A DNA stretch of 61,228 nt, filler included, from Sphacelaria rigidula (GCA_964200075.2; 8 parts of 8 records of this genome joined end to end with filler, not necessarily neighbours in it), one strand, 5' to 3'; positions 24,679 to 38,233 are shown, counted from the whole stretch's first letter. A program made the numbers and translations. Notes: a model not told the origin generated them from the sequence alone.

Positions 24679-24835
24679 TAAGAAGCATATTTATTTTTGC
24701 AGCTCGCTGTTCAGTGTTATCCTATGCGGCCGAACGGCCGCAAAAAAATCAGTCGGCCCCAACATGGCCGTATTCCGTCCCCTTTTCAGGGGCAAAAAAT
24801 AGCGTAAGAAAAAAATAGGTGGTCGGTCGAGAAAA

Positions 24836-25353
24836 TTCCTGGTCGTCTCGTCCACCCGATCGCAGATGAAGTCGATTCGGCGAATTTTCTGAGCAGGGGA
24901 AAGGGAGGGTTTGATGCGGCGAGCCACCTTTGCCGCCCCTTCTTTCTCGAACCACCGCTGCACGGACTCTGTACCGTAATCCAGCCCGATGTCTTACAGC
25001 TGATCGGACACCGGCCGGAGTGCAGATGGCCGATTCTGCTTATTGACGTTCTTCAGCGCCGCAGCTTTTGTTGGCGTGAGGAGCGACGGGCGTCCAGTTC
25101 TCGTTGTTCGAAAGGTCGACCCTCTGGATAGCGTCGATGTGGGCTTGGTGTTTTTCCACAATTTCGTCGGGTACTCGGCACCAACACCGTAGCGTTCGCA
25201 TATTAGCCCCAGCGCGCCCTTGGGCACCCTCATCTTGCCCGGAAAAATAGCGAGCGCAACCTCCATCGCAATCGCATAGCGGCGACCCAATTGTAGCTCG
25301 CCACCCGTTCGGCAAGGGGGAGGGAGGGGGGGGATACTCGGGGGTAAGTCCAT
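24836..25353 (-). pseudogene. Tc1/mariner-like transposase N-terminal remnant (DNA-binding region, no DDD/E core)
   Basis: Frameshifted pieces GALGLICERYGVG..PTKLWK, TGRPSLLTPTKAAALKNVNKQNR and SVQRWFEKEGAAKVARRIKPSLSPAQKIRRIDF match the HTH-GRP-HTH-'KPxLtxxxKxxRlxF' layout of mariner-type transposases. The sequence stops before the first catalytic Asp. Confidence 0.7.
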
Positions 25354-25889
25354 GGTATTGTGGTGTCTCTGGGCTAGGTCTGGAGACGAATTCTCAAAAT
25401 AATCATCACTCGGGGGAATCATCCATTAAAGGCCAAAACGGGGTATTTTCTGACCTGATTCTCGTATTGAAAACGAGGTTATTGTCTTCTTTCATCAGCC
25501 TTGTATGCGTTTTCATCTTCCAACAGAACACACTGTAAGGGCATTGTCAACACCGTTGCACCCAAACAAACAACCGCCCACAACCAACCAGACTTATGGG
25601 ACAGGGGAAGTATGATCTATGCCGTATGCGTCGCAGGGTTGGGGACATATACCTATCGTTTGTGCCGATGAATCGGAGGGTGGTGACGTGCACCTGTTAT
25701 CCATGCCGCATGGAATCACCGCGTGGGTATTATGTACCATCGACGGTGTACCGCAGAATGAGACGCGGAAATATGTACGATTATGTAGTGTTGCACGCAT
25801 CCCGACACCAAAACATGTGCTGTACGAATCATAAGTTTGGTGTGGGCCATGCTTTTCGTTCGTGGGAAAATTGCACACGTCCGACAGAT

Positions 25890-26262
25890 CAGCTCCCTAT
25901 AGCTCGAGCTAGCTCTTTTTGAGCGTAGCTCCCAAGTGAGCTATGAGAGCTACAGGAGCTACGCATGTTTCCCCTGAGGTGAGCTATGAGAGCTGTATGA
26001 GCTACGCATGTTTACCGTACGTGAGCTACCAACCCGTAGCTTATCAGCTCATATTCGTCCTGGGTGAGCTATGGGAGCTGTATGAGCCACGCACATTTAC
26101 GATGGGTGAGCTACCAACCCGTAGCTCATCAGCTCATATTCCCCCTGGGTGCGCTATGAGAGCTGCATGAGCTACGCATGTTTGCCCCGGATGAGCTATG
26201 AGAGCTAGGTGAGCTGCGAATAATTGCCCTGGATGAGGTATGAGAGCTATGAGAGCTACGAT
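25890..26262. repeat. GAGCT-rich minisatellite, block 1
   Basis: Repeated modules gagctatgagagctgcatgagctacgcatgttt...gggtgagctaccaacccgtagctcatcagctcata. Confidence 0.85.
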
Positions 26263-26679
26263 TGCTTATCCCTTCGACTGCGAGGGTAGGAGGTCTGTGA
26301 ATCGGCATCATTCCCACCCGAAAAATACACTGAATTATGCTACTTATCAGATCGCCAACCCTCGCGGTCAAGGGGCTAACCCCTTGACGGCAAGCATAAG
26401 TCATCTGTTGAATCGACTCCATTTTCACCTGAATAACGTATGCATGACCAGATGGACTCGTACCCTCGCGGCCAATCGATCAAAAGAAATGAACCGTTCG
26501 ATTCTTAAAAACACAGAATATTAATACTTTTTTAACCATCCGACCAAGCGAACGAGGATATGTGTTGGCTTCTTTCCTTCCTATCGCGAAGAGTGAGGCA
26601 AAACATCACGACCTAATGATATGTGGCGCCATCCGTTCGAACAAGAATGTTGCATCACAAGCGATACGGGGATGGCCAG

Positions 26680-27305
26680 CGGCGAGCTGGGCATATGACG
26701 TGAGTGAGCCACGACCATGTGTCCCTGGGGTGAGCTACACATGTTTGCCTTGGGTGAGCTATCGAGCGTAGCTCATCCCCATATGTTTTCCCTGGGTGAG
26801 CTATGAGAGCTACATGAGCTGCACATGGTTGCCCTGGGTGAGCAATCAACCCGTCGCTCATCAGCTCATACTCGCCCTGAGTGAGAAATGATAGATGGAT
26901 GAGCTGCACATGGTTGCCGTGGGTGAGCTACCAACCCGTAGCTCATCAGCTCATAATCCCCCTGGGTGAGCTATGAGAGCTGCATGAGCTACGCATGTCT
27001 GCCCCGGATGAGCTATGAGAGATGCATGAGCAACACATGTTTACCCTGGATGAGCTATGAGAGATGCATGAGCTACGCATGTTTGCCCTGGGTGAGCTAC
27101 CAACCCGCAGCTCATCAGCTCATAATCGCCCTGGGTGATCTATGAGAGCTGCATGAGCTACGCATGTTTGTTCTGGGTGAGCTACCAACTCGTAGCTCAT
27201 CAGCGCACGTTTACCTTGTGTTGAGCTATCGGACGTGGCTTACATGTACATGTTTGACTACAAGTGAGCTACCGCCCGCAGATGAGCTAGCTCATGAGCT
27301 ATCCT
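26680..27305. repeat. GAGCT-rich minisatellite, block 2
   Basis: Same modules as block 1, in the same orientation, with more copies. Confidence 0.85.
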
Positions 27306-30300
27306 ACGTGTGGAAAGTTGAATATAGGACGGATCATCATTATATTCGTCGGACGTCTGATGCGAAACATCGGGTGCATGGGCGAGATATACAATATATG
27401 CTGCTTGTTCTCCTTGAAAGTTCCTCCGCCATGAGACCGTAATATGCAACGTGCTTATCCAATAGTTTACCCTACGGGTACGTGCCTTTTGTTTGGCAAG
27501 GGAAAGAGACGTGCCCATTGTTTAGCAAGGGAAAGAGATACAGGTACCCTGGATTCTGCTACCACTGCTTTCATACCCCGCCTCCATTCCCTAAACAAGC
27601 GTTACGCCCGGTCGAGTGTACAACAGTAGAGTGAAACGTGTTAGTTCCGTTGCACACTGTGCTGCTGGTGGGCAGGCACCACAGCAGCGGTGTGTTGCAC
27701 AGTCCAGTAAGGTGAAGCAGACAACAGAGTCACTCCTGGTATAGTAGACATATATTCAGGATATATGCGAACCGCTTCACAAGCGGAACCCTACTTTCCC
27801 GCCTCCAAGAAGTAGAAGCTGGAGAACGCTGCCACCACATACACAGGGGTATTATGCCGGTACTCGAACCTTGGCGGGGAAAATGTGCGGAGGAAACACT
27901 CGAGACAAAGTCACTGAAATTGCATTACACTCGGTGCATATGCTGCAGACAAAAGTGACACTGCACTAGTTGCAGCGCAGTACGGGTCCTGGAAGCAGTA
28001 AGTCAATACTTGGAAAACTCACGCATAGGCACGAGCTCGGTCGAGAGTGGCCGCATCTCCATCGTCCTCTACCTCCAGCTCCGCGCCCTGCACTCGTGCC
28101 AGTGGCATCATGACAACTGTCACCGTAGCCGTAACGGTGCATACATACTGCTGTCCATCGCAGGATCCTCATTTCACGGCGACAGTGATTGTGCTGACAG
28201 CCTTCTTCACCCTGTAGCCGACGGGAGCTAGCTAGGCAAGGAAAATCTAGTAACATTTCACCTTGCCACGGCGGCACTGTGCTGCATATCCACGCTTTTG
28301 CTGGTCGTCACTTCCGCTGTGCCCTCTTCCGGTAAGATATCATGCACGCCCGCCGCTGATGTCCTCGTGTTCTTAGCTGGCTGCTGTAGCGATACAGTGG
28401 CAAGAGATGGACATCAGTGTAACGCAGCTGTTCCTACCAAAGTCAGCGCAGGTTGATGCACTTTTACAGCCTGAGATTAGTCCCTGGTGCCTGAAGAGAG
28501 CGCAGGCGTAAGCAATATGTGTCCGAGAGGGAAGAGCTGTGGTGCAGCTTGTAATTTTTATTCCGAAATGAGTACGTACACGTGGCCATTATCTCGAGAT
28601 TTTTTTGTTTATTGTCATGATCTCAATCAACAGATATTTCCTGCACCTACTACCCTGTCAGCATGATAATAACTAGCCTGTTGGCAGTTCAGTTTGTTTT
28701 GAAAGTCATTGTTAGTCCAAAATCGATACAATTCCTTGGCTTATGGCGTAGGGGTTGACTATGTATGTGTTGAAGTTATTTTATACGACAGCGCGAGGAC
28801 TACGGGTCTGAACTTATGTACTGTACTATGTATTTTACTAAAAGTAAGAGAATCTAAACACAAATGCCAGCATCTTCTTCGACCTCAGCAGCAGCAGCGC
28901 TCGCTTGCAGGGGGCGACTGTGAACAACAAGTATGAAAGCAAGTCGGCGTAGAAGGTGAGAATCATCCAGTAAATTTTTACTGCAGGAATGTCGAGGGGT
29001 ATTCAGTGGTCATGTCCTGTGTTTCATGCTTATTACATGTGTCATCGCTAGTTGCACAACACAGAGCCATGAAGAATGACGCTGTATAGCACCCCCTCAA
29101 GGTTACATTCACGTGTTTTCGACCTCGATATTCTCGACCAAACGGATCCTGAACACCACAACTAGCCACATTTCAAGATTTATTCTCAATGCGTTTTTTT
29201 CAAGATGAGAGTTCCGGTGTGAAGAGCACCGGAGCCGTCGAGAAAGTGCAGATTGGAAAAATGATCAATAATGGGCAGCAGGACCCTGTAAGCTGCGTTA
29301 CGGCTGTGTCAGAACCCCATCATGAGAGTTCGAATTTTTGAACTTCACTTACTGCGCGTTCCTGCTTCCTCTGATGAACCTCCTTGTATGTGTTTGAATC
29401 GTCCTCTAGGCGAGCTTAATGCTGCAACGCATCGTGCTCAAGCTTGAGTGTTGGTTTTTATTGGCAGTACAAAGTGCCGACCACAGGCCAGCATGGTACA
29501 GCGCATAGCAGTTACAGTATCACTCCAGTAAAGTACAGTACAGTACAGTACAGTACAGTACAATATTCTTGCTATATCATAAGTCAGTACCGATTACACA
29601 TGCACGGGAGTCGTGGCGGTTTTTAAATTGAACTTCGAGGCGTCTGCTCTGCGTCAACATGCTCACGTGTTCCGTTTTCTGTGCGGCGTCGGCATCGGCT
29701 GTCTCGTATGCTTGCGCCCGCTCTGCGCAATTTTTACTGAGATACTAGAACAAACCGATATGCCTGTAACTTCGAAGGTATCAGGGTCTTCACTGCGGGA
29801 GTAATCCTTGCTTTTTTTCACCCTTGTGAGTACGAAGTGTCCACTTTACTCCATGCACGCCTTCAGACACAACCCCTTATGAACCCTCGAACAACACTTG
29901 GCTGCGTTGCCTATTATAGCACTCCTGTCGCTGTGGTTACATACGGTGGCCAAATGGTTCTGATCTCTGTTTCGTCAAAATGGAAAATACGTTCGGCATC
30001 GCCTTTAGAATCGTCTCTGAGACAATCGTGATGCCTTGGACAATTTTCATGTTTCGTAACAGCGGATACCCCGTCGAAGCGAGGTGTTCGTCGTGTGATA
30101 TCTTCATACGGGACTCGGATGCGGGAAATATCACGAAGAACACCCTCGGTCAAACGGTAGAGAACCAGAGGGGCAGGAACGGCGAGAAGGGGGTATTCTT
30201 TTTCAATATTGGTCATTCCGGGGTACAGAAAATGCCGTCATCAAAAGCGTTTCCTACGCGACGCAAATTCAGCTGGAGACGGTCGTTACGCGTGGTGTTT

Positions 30301-30568
30301 TGTCGTTGTCGCCATGACAACCACCGCAGTAACCCGAGCTGACATGCTGAACGGGTGGGCCTTATCGAGTAACCACGATAAGGTATTCATGAGCGGTCGA
30401 GACGAGGATCCGAAATCACAAGTGTCATTGTCCAGTCCTCATTTTTATTTTGTTACGACTTAGTCTGCTATGTCGTTCTGTTCGACCCCCGCCCCCCCCC
30501 CCCCCCCTCCCCCCGCTCCACTTTCCCTCTCCCTCTCTCTCTCCCTGCTTTTCCCTTTTCTATTCTTT

Positions 30569-30668
30569 NNNNNNNNNNNNNNNNNNNNNNNNNNNNNNNN
30601 NNNNNNNNNNNNTTAATTAATTAANNNNNNNNNNNNNNNNNNNNNNNNNNNNNNNNNNNNNNNNNNNN
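30569..30668. other. Artificial contig linker N44-TTAATTAATTAA-N44
   Basis: Identical 100-bp spacer. Confidence 0.98.
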
Positions 30669-31890
30669 GGGGGGGGGGGGGATAAGCGCAGCTTCAAGTA
30701 GTATTTCTCCCTCGTGCGGTGATATAGGACAGTTAGCTCAGAAGTTCTCTCTCACTGTGGAGCTCATGACAAGCTTGATGCCGTCTTGCAGCACGACCAA
30801 CGTGCTCTTGCCTGGGCATGTCAGTTGTGCCTGTGCCTATGCGGCGCAACGGTCTATCGCAATTCCACCGCATTTTGTGAAACGAAACGTTTCCAGACAC
30901 ACTATCGCACAAAGAATTGAGACGTACTCGGTACTCGATGCAGTACAATAATATCATCGCCAAAAGTGCACCAATCGAGCAGCGATATGCTCAGGTCGCG
31001 CTGATTTGGGAAACTTGAAGAGTTGTGGTGACGACAGAGAATGCTGGGTTTACTCCCGGCCCAGCCCGTAACTTTCGTTCGCCTTATTTACGTGCAAACC
31101 ATGGTGCCGCCTTCTCGTCTAGGAGAAACCCACAAAGCAGAGGTACACAGCAAGAAGGATTGCCCCAAACGTCGAAATACGTGCGGTCAACTCCAACTGA
31201 AATTAGCCTTGTACGCGTACAGCTGAGCACGGACTAGGCTCCAAGAAATCATGATGGCGTGTACGCTAGAACTCAGTGCGTGCTGTCAGGTGGCACAGGC
31301 ACGATGTGGATTCAAACCACTGTGGGTTTGCCTTGTCCGCATCCCAGACAAGCGCCACTTTTGTTCATGCTAGCCTTTCCACACTACTTGAAGGCAAACC
31401 TCGTGCGTTGCCGTGACCCATCGCTCCACACACGGTTGAGACGTGGTGAGCTTGTTCATCCGTCGTAGCTGCTAGACTTGGCCTTTCCAGCTACGCTAGC
31501 TATGAATGAAAGGTAGTCGTCTGGGGATGCCATTCACACGTCCAGCAGTCAAGAGTCAAGAGAAGATGCTCCTTGGGCCCGCAAAGTACACAATCGCAAG
31601 ATCATTTTTTTTTTTTGTCATCTAAAACACCAAACATGTTAGAATCAATCAAAGTTTTTCTTGCGATGCTATCGTTCCCATAAGAAGTGGTCTACGAATC
31701 TCAAATTTGTAGGGTGAATACGATGTCCGTGTCGGTACGCTCATAATTAGGACCGAAAGTACAAGGTGTCGTGTCGTGCAGCACGCAGCTCACATGTTCG
31801 GTGAATTTCAATGCGTGTGTGTCAGGGGTGCTTGTCGGGGTGATCGATCGTGATATTCGATCCTTTCATCCCTCCATGCCGAGTTCGCAG

Positions 31891-34800
31891 CGAGCCCAGA
31901 TGATGGGTAGATCGAGAGCGCACGACCACAATCAGGCGGAGGGACTCATCAAGGTATGCTGGTAGCGCATGTAGGTCGACCTGTCCCATAGTTGAAGAGC
32001 GCGTGGTAGTTGAACATGATGAGTTCTAGTAGCTCTAGTGGCGAACCAGTACGTGTGACTCGCGCGAGCTGTTGTCCGCGAGACTACAGTAGTGGGCGAT
32101 CTTGCAATTCAGGGGTGTTTGGCGGTTTTCCTCGCGTACTACTTTTCGATAGAACTCGAAATTGTTAGCATGGGTAGAATTTGGTACTGTAAACAGATCG
32201 TCTTCGAAACACAGTGCCCAAAGTCCGTGTTAGTTCGTGTTATCGGGCGATACGAGTAAATACACCGTTTATCGGGAAGGTGTTATTGATCGTGAAACAC
32301 ATTTTTTGGCTGAAGTGCAATGGGTAGGTAAAAATCTCTTCACAAATACGACCGGAAATACCCAAGAATGAGAATCTAGGCTGAAACGTCGCAGGACCCC
32401 CGATGACCGGTCAGCCCGTAAGTCGCTCATTATTGAGTACAGGTGTTCTTTCAATGGAATGCGGAGAGGATACAAATATCTTCAGATCCCCGGGAAAATC
32501 GCCAATTATGAAAAAACTCACAAAATGCCACAAAATGAATAGTAAGACCGCCCACTACTGTACGTGGACACACATATAGCAACAATGGTCACATTTCCTA
32601 CATTCCCGCGATTGGTCACATAAAATTCGCGCAAACTGCATTGATTGAAATATGATACCATTCCCTCCCCTCTTGAACCTTTGGAGTCGGGCATGTCGCC
32701 CGGGAAGCCCGAAGCCTGAGACGTCGATCTCCGTCATCTTGTTGATAAGTCATCTCCACCGAGAACAGATGAATCCGTACAACTTGCATGCTCGTACTTA
32801 TATCGTATTACTATGTGAAGACAGATGGAAGCAGCTATTCTGTCTCAATCAGCTATACTCACGAAAGACTCGGGCGACTCTGAGTAACGTCTCTTACTCC
32901 GTCCATGTGTGCGAGCCCGGACTCCCTATAATATCCTTCTCTGATCACATCCGTTTCGACTGGACAGATCATTGGGGCTGCACCACCTGAATACCAACTG
33001 AAACTGAAACCCGTGGAGGATGAGCAAGACGCCTCTCACCAAGAAACAGGGGATGGAAACGAAACATTCCCTGAAACCGTCGATGGGCAAGAGCACGAAA
33101 ACGAACATGGACAGGGAGAAGAGCAGGCAGTAGAAGGAGTTCCAGACCAGGTGATGTTTGATGTAGGTTCTGAGTCTCGACCGAGTCATTGAGTGCTGTA
33201 GTCGTCGTTCGGGTTGATTTTTGGTTGGGCAATTTTCACCGATACTTCCCGTATCGAGATCATCTAGTCCGTCTCGCTTCAACTAACTCCAGCGGACACC
33301 CATGGTTTAGATTCAAATGAAGTATGTAAATGTTTTCAGGGTGCTTTTGATGTCTGTGGAAAACGTAGGAGGGGGGAAAGTGCTATTAGTAAAATTCACA
33401 CCACCACCTGGCACGATTGTTTGATGGTGATTGTCCGCTTACATCTTGGAACGAAAATAAGTAATTGTGCATGGGTGAAGTCGGAAATTTCGATCCCTCA
33501 AGCATTGCTTCCGTTATATTCCTCTCTCCTCTCCCTGGCTCATGTGGCTCAGGCTGTTGAAGACTACAAGGAACAAGGCGTGACGACCACCGCCGTTCCT
33601 GATGTGGCACTCGGATTGACCGGAGCTATGGTATCCTATGGTCACACAGACACTTTGGATGAGGAGGCGGGATCGCGACTGCGGCGCGGAGATGAGGTTC
33701 TGCTGCGGGTAAGGAAGTTTTATTCCGTCCGCTGTACAGGCTGGGCTGGCATAGACGCGAATTTGTGGTACGCAGACATCGTCTCATCTCAACTTTGCCA
33801 GTTAAACTCTGAAATTTGGTACGGGGGTAGAATAGGGCATGCTAAAACGCTGTCGCTCGGAATGAGCAGATGTTTTTTTTCGTGAGGTAATGGCAATAAT
33901 AAGTACCTAGATATCAGGAAATTACCGTTAACTCACAAGAAAAAATACTGCTCGTTCCGAGCGACAGCGTTTTAGCATGCCCTATTTTTCCTCCGTACCA
34001 AATTTCAAAGTCTAACTCGCAAAATTGAGGTCAGGCGGGGTAATTTAGAAACCGGGCCGAGCGGAATTCGGAAAAATATTTTTCAGGTCATTTAACGGCC
34101 GATGTTTAGTACTTTGTGTTGAATCTTTGTGTGGGAACTCGCTAGGCCATACAACGAAAAAACTGGGAACGATATATATATATATATATATATATTTCAC
34201 TTGCTCAGGACCCTTTAGCTAAGTCAAGACCATGCTTTCACGAGAAGGCCCGTACCTCTTTGAAAAAATTAGATGAGGTACGCATTTTTTCCTTCGGGCA
34301 CGCTTTTGCAATTCTCCATGAGAATTTTCAAATTTCAATTTTTTTTTAATGAAGCAGAGAAAGGGAAATGAGGTCCGAATGCATCGTCCACTTTTCCTTG
34401 AAAGTGTCCAAAAGAGGAAGAAAAAAACAAGCGACGGTACGAATTTCCAAGCACAACTCTCGAAAACTGAGACGCAATATCCAGATTTAGTGCATTGAGT
34501 GCCTCTGCTCGAAATATATTGATTTTAGTATGGAACCTTACGAACGCCATATCTCGAAACAGATTGTGGAGGTATCGATCGTTTCCCCCTGCTCCAGGGA
34601 AGGTCTACACCAAAAATCGTCATCATCCGCTGTATATATCGTGCGGGGTTTCATGTAGACTCAAGTATGGACACCATCTCCGTACGGTATAGGAAATACT
34701 AGACATTGTGTTTTATCAACGAGATGATATTTGCCCCGACTTTCGAGCGGATGGGCGCCTTTCCCCTGATTAGATGATTGATATGATGTGCGGATCACGA

Positions 34801-37296
34801 CCCAACTCGTCTGTGATGATGAGATATTGCTTCGAGAGCTTGAATCCGCGTCTAGGCCGGCCCAGCTCGTATACGACCCTCAAAATTATTTTGCTCAGTA
34901 CAGTAGCGGCGTGCCAGTGATGAACGCACTCTTTTCATATTTGGATGCGGTAGGTTTAACTAGACGACCTGAGGGTAAGGAGATATGACCATGTCTTGGA
35001 CCCCGCAAGAGGAACTTCGATCTCAACATATCTTGGATACTCCGCTTTGAGACCACCCTGTACATTCGCTGTACTCGTAGGTTTCATGGGGGACGACTGG
35101 CCAAAATTGCACATGGACATGAAAAGCATGCGGTGTTTGTCGTCGTACTTAATACGTTGTCCACACGTTGTCATCATTTTTCCATCTTCCGTTGACATCT
35201 CGGCAAGTAGACATTTTCCGAAGTTTAACAGCCCAGCAAACTGCATTGATGGGAAAGGCTCCTTTCGGTTAGATGAGTGATAGATGGCGCCAAAGACACG
35301 TGGTACTGTATCTCCTGGGTTGAGGTAAAACAGCGATGTCAGATGTCCCGAAAACTTGGATATCAAACCAAAATTTGGCATCCTTGGAGGAAGCGACCCA
35401 AAAAAGTCTGGCTGAGTGTTTGCGGTAAACGTCGGAACAAGGGCGCAAGGAAGCAAGCAGGACTAGGTCTCCTGCATCAATCCCTTCATACTTGAATCCG
35501 ATGTTGATGTGTTGGGTGAGGCTGTAGCTTGAGCCCGTGCTCAAACACTTCTTTTCCTCCCAAGGCCGCTGCTGCGAGCGATATATGGTGATGGACAGAA
35601 CTGTGTTCATGGTCATAGCCTGTTGAGGTGCACTTGCGGGGCTTCCGTGTGAAAGGAAAGCCTTGTGTCCATCTTCAAAAGAGCTCGCGGCTAAGAGCAG
35701 AGGTGATACGAAAGTACACACGATACAGTGTGGTGTGATTGGGCTGACTGCCGTTGGTAGATCGGCTGTAGTTGGGACTCTTGCAGTACGCAGTACAACT
35801 ACTGCCTATTTAGGGAGCTGATTTGGCGTGCTGTGCAACTGGGTTGTGACTGATGATACTGTCTGGACAACGAACACCGAAACCTTGTGGCAGTCACCCG
35901 GCTGTCTGAGTCGTGGCAGCACCAGTCACTCACGTCGTCACCGCTGTAGTGAGTGTTGTGATGATAAAAGCGGATGGCGCGCCATCTATTTCAGAACTGC
36001 AGACCATTTTGAGACGCATGGAAGAACGCAATGAAATATGATGAGATAGCACGATCATCCTTCGCACTTTATAACAGATGAATTCACTCTTCTTCCCGAC
36101 AGCTGGTCGTAAGCCCTGCGAGGAAGAAAACTATTCCGACATTTCCATCTACACACGATCCCTTGATCACTGTGGTGAGTGACATCGTGAGTCAATATCA
36201 TTCTTACTTGGTCACATGAATACGCGTACGCCGGCCTCCATCCGGCGCACCACGCTACGAGGTGTCGGAGTGCGTCTTTACCAACATTCGCCACACCACC
36301 CTCTACCGACGTGCTTAGGCTAGATTCCCCCCTACCCCCGCCCGGTTTTAGGAAGAAGCCTATCACTCCACCTCTGTTGAGATCACGCTCGGGCGGGGCC
36401 CAGCAAGGCGGGTCCGTTCATGAGGAATGCGTTGTTTTTGGTTCCTTCACAGCTCACCATGAATCTGCTCTCGAAGCTCAGTAGTGGTTAAGGCTTGAGG
36501 TGTGTAGCTTTATGACTCCCGAAGAATCCGTGTGAACTGGTCTGGGTAAAGCCCGGAGATGCTCACCAACGTGGTGGGGGTCATTGCTCGTGCGGTCTGC
36601 ACCGCTCATCGAGTAGTGAAATAACGGTTTTCGCCAGTGTCTCGGATAATTTGTAGTGGGTGACGGCAAGGACAGAGATACCCCCCCCCCCCCACCCTCA
36701 ACCCCGCACACGACAAAAACAGCGCAGCCTAGAACGGGGGGGAAAAAACGTGAACAGACCAGGGTTGAGGNNNNNNNNNNTTTTCTTTGGCCCTGGGTTT
36801 TTGTGTGGGGGGGGGGGGGGAGGAACCACGCCCCCCCCCCCCCCCCCCCCTCCTCCGACGACGACGACGACAAAGCGATGGCTGTTTCGCTGGGAGAGGC
36901 ATTACTGTGATCAACCACGTGTTGAGAGAGAGGTGCGTGGCCGTTTCCCTTGTGCACCTATTTTGGCAATACAAATACGTTTCAACTGTGATGGACAAAG
37001 CACAACGTCGAGGGTAGGCTGCATTGGTACACAGAATGCACTGGTGATGAGTGAGTTCTGTTGCGTTCTTTCAACGCGCCTCATGAACGATTTTTTCGTG
37101 CGGAGAGTAAAGTGCCAGAAGACCGTCTACTGTTGCCGTTGACGAATGCCTTCCGAACATTTTGCACTGAACATCTTGTGTGCTTCTGAAACGCCTTTAG
37201 GTAAGCCAAGAAAAGGTGACGGGAAGGAAGAAGGCGATAGAGGTTTCTTTGCTCAGGACAAATAAGGAGAGGCGGCAGGAAGAACAGCTTCAAAAG
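31891..37296 (+). CDS. Internal exons of a cold-shock-domain (CSDE1/UNR-like) RNA-binding protein gene, partial at both ends
   Basis: Exons 31891-31953, 32968-33150, 33553-33708 and 37201-37296 are all AG/GT-bounded, phase 0 and free of stops. Spliced sequence: ...AEGLIK|IIG...[acidic]...GAMVSYGHTDTLDEEAGSRLRRGDEVLLR|VSQEKVTGRKKAIEVSLL. This matches the CSD pattern 'L..GD.V.F.V..D..TG...A..V'. The first exon is the least certain. Confidence 0.65.
33788..34029. repeat. Imperfect hairpin with ~110-bp arms, inside an intron and next to R1
   Basis: gaaatttggtacgg...aatagggcatgctaaaacgctgtcgctcggaa pairs with ttccgagcgacagcgttttagcatgccctatt...ccgtaccaaatttc. Confidence 0.85.
34124..34875 (+). 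repeat. Repeat family R1, copy 2 (intronic)
   Basis: Colinear with 10885-11710. Confidence 0.8.
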
Positions 37297-38233
37297 GTAA
37301 TCCATTTCACGTCCCAGCTGTCATTTTTGGCAGAAGCAGTCGCTGGTCGTTCGATGACGCGCAAACGACCAAATGAGTCCCGTCGGTTTTTAAGAGAACA
37401 TGTCCACCATAAAAAACCGGGTCACACGTGAGAGGTGCATTACCGTTGGATCACAGGGGTGGGTCGTTCGTAGGCTTGCTATCTCTATGACTTGAAAAGT
37501 GATGGTGGCAGTTCACATGATGCATCCTGGCGGTCGTAGATGACGTTCTTACATCCGTAGTTGGCGGGACTGAGATCCGCGTTCACGTGGCTGAAGAAGG
37601 GCTAGCAACAAATATTCATGCATCTGTGACTCCATTTTGACGTTTGAGTGCTTCTGCAGTGAGAATTGTGAGAGCCTGATAGATAGCGAGACGACAGATT
37701 CGCAATCAAGACACTCGCGTCTCTAGTGGAGACTTTTGGACTTTTGAAGAACAGTGCGACAGGTGCGTCATTTAATAGTGCCTCGACAGAGCACCACAGC
37801 TCGTGTTCGAAATTGAGAAAACATGAGAAGATACCATGAAAGATCGAAGCCTGGCCCACGCGGTACGGCAGCCTGAAGTCACAGGAGCAATGTCTTTACC
37901 CCGTGACTCGGGTGTATTTTGTTGTTTCACCGAAGGCTAGATCACGAGGTGAGCAAACGTTCGGCTCGACTGGCACCGAAGCGCCCGGCAGCAACGTTTG
38001 CTGCAACATTGTTGGCGAAGGCACCCAGCAACGCTTGGAGCGATGGTGTCTGTCGATTGTGTATCGTATTGACGGCGGCAATAAATACATTGAGCCTTAA
38101 AAAAACTAAAATGGGAGGGGTTGTACTCATGATCTTGCATGCCATGGTCATACGACAAATGACCCGGGCGGGAGGGGGGGGGGGGGGGGTAATCTTTTGT
38201 GGCTTGCCCTCCTTTTTTGAGAATGGGGGGGGG

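Noticed and set aside
25890-27305. CRISPR or coding repeat in the GAGCT arrays
   Set aside because: No unique spacers and no sustained ORF; this is an irregular minisatellite.
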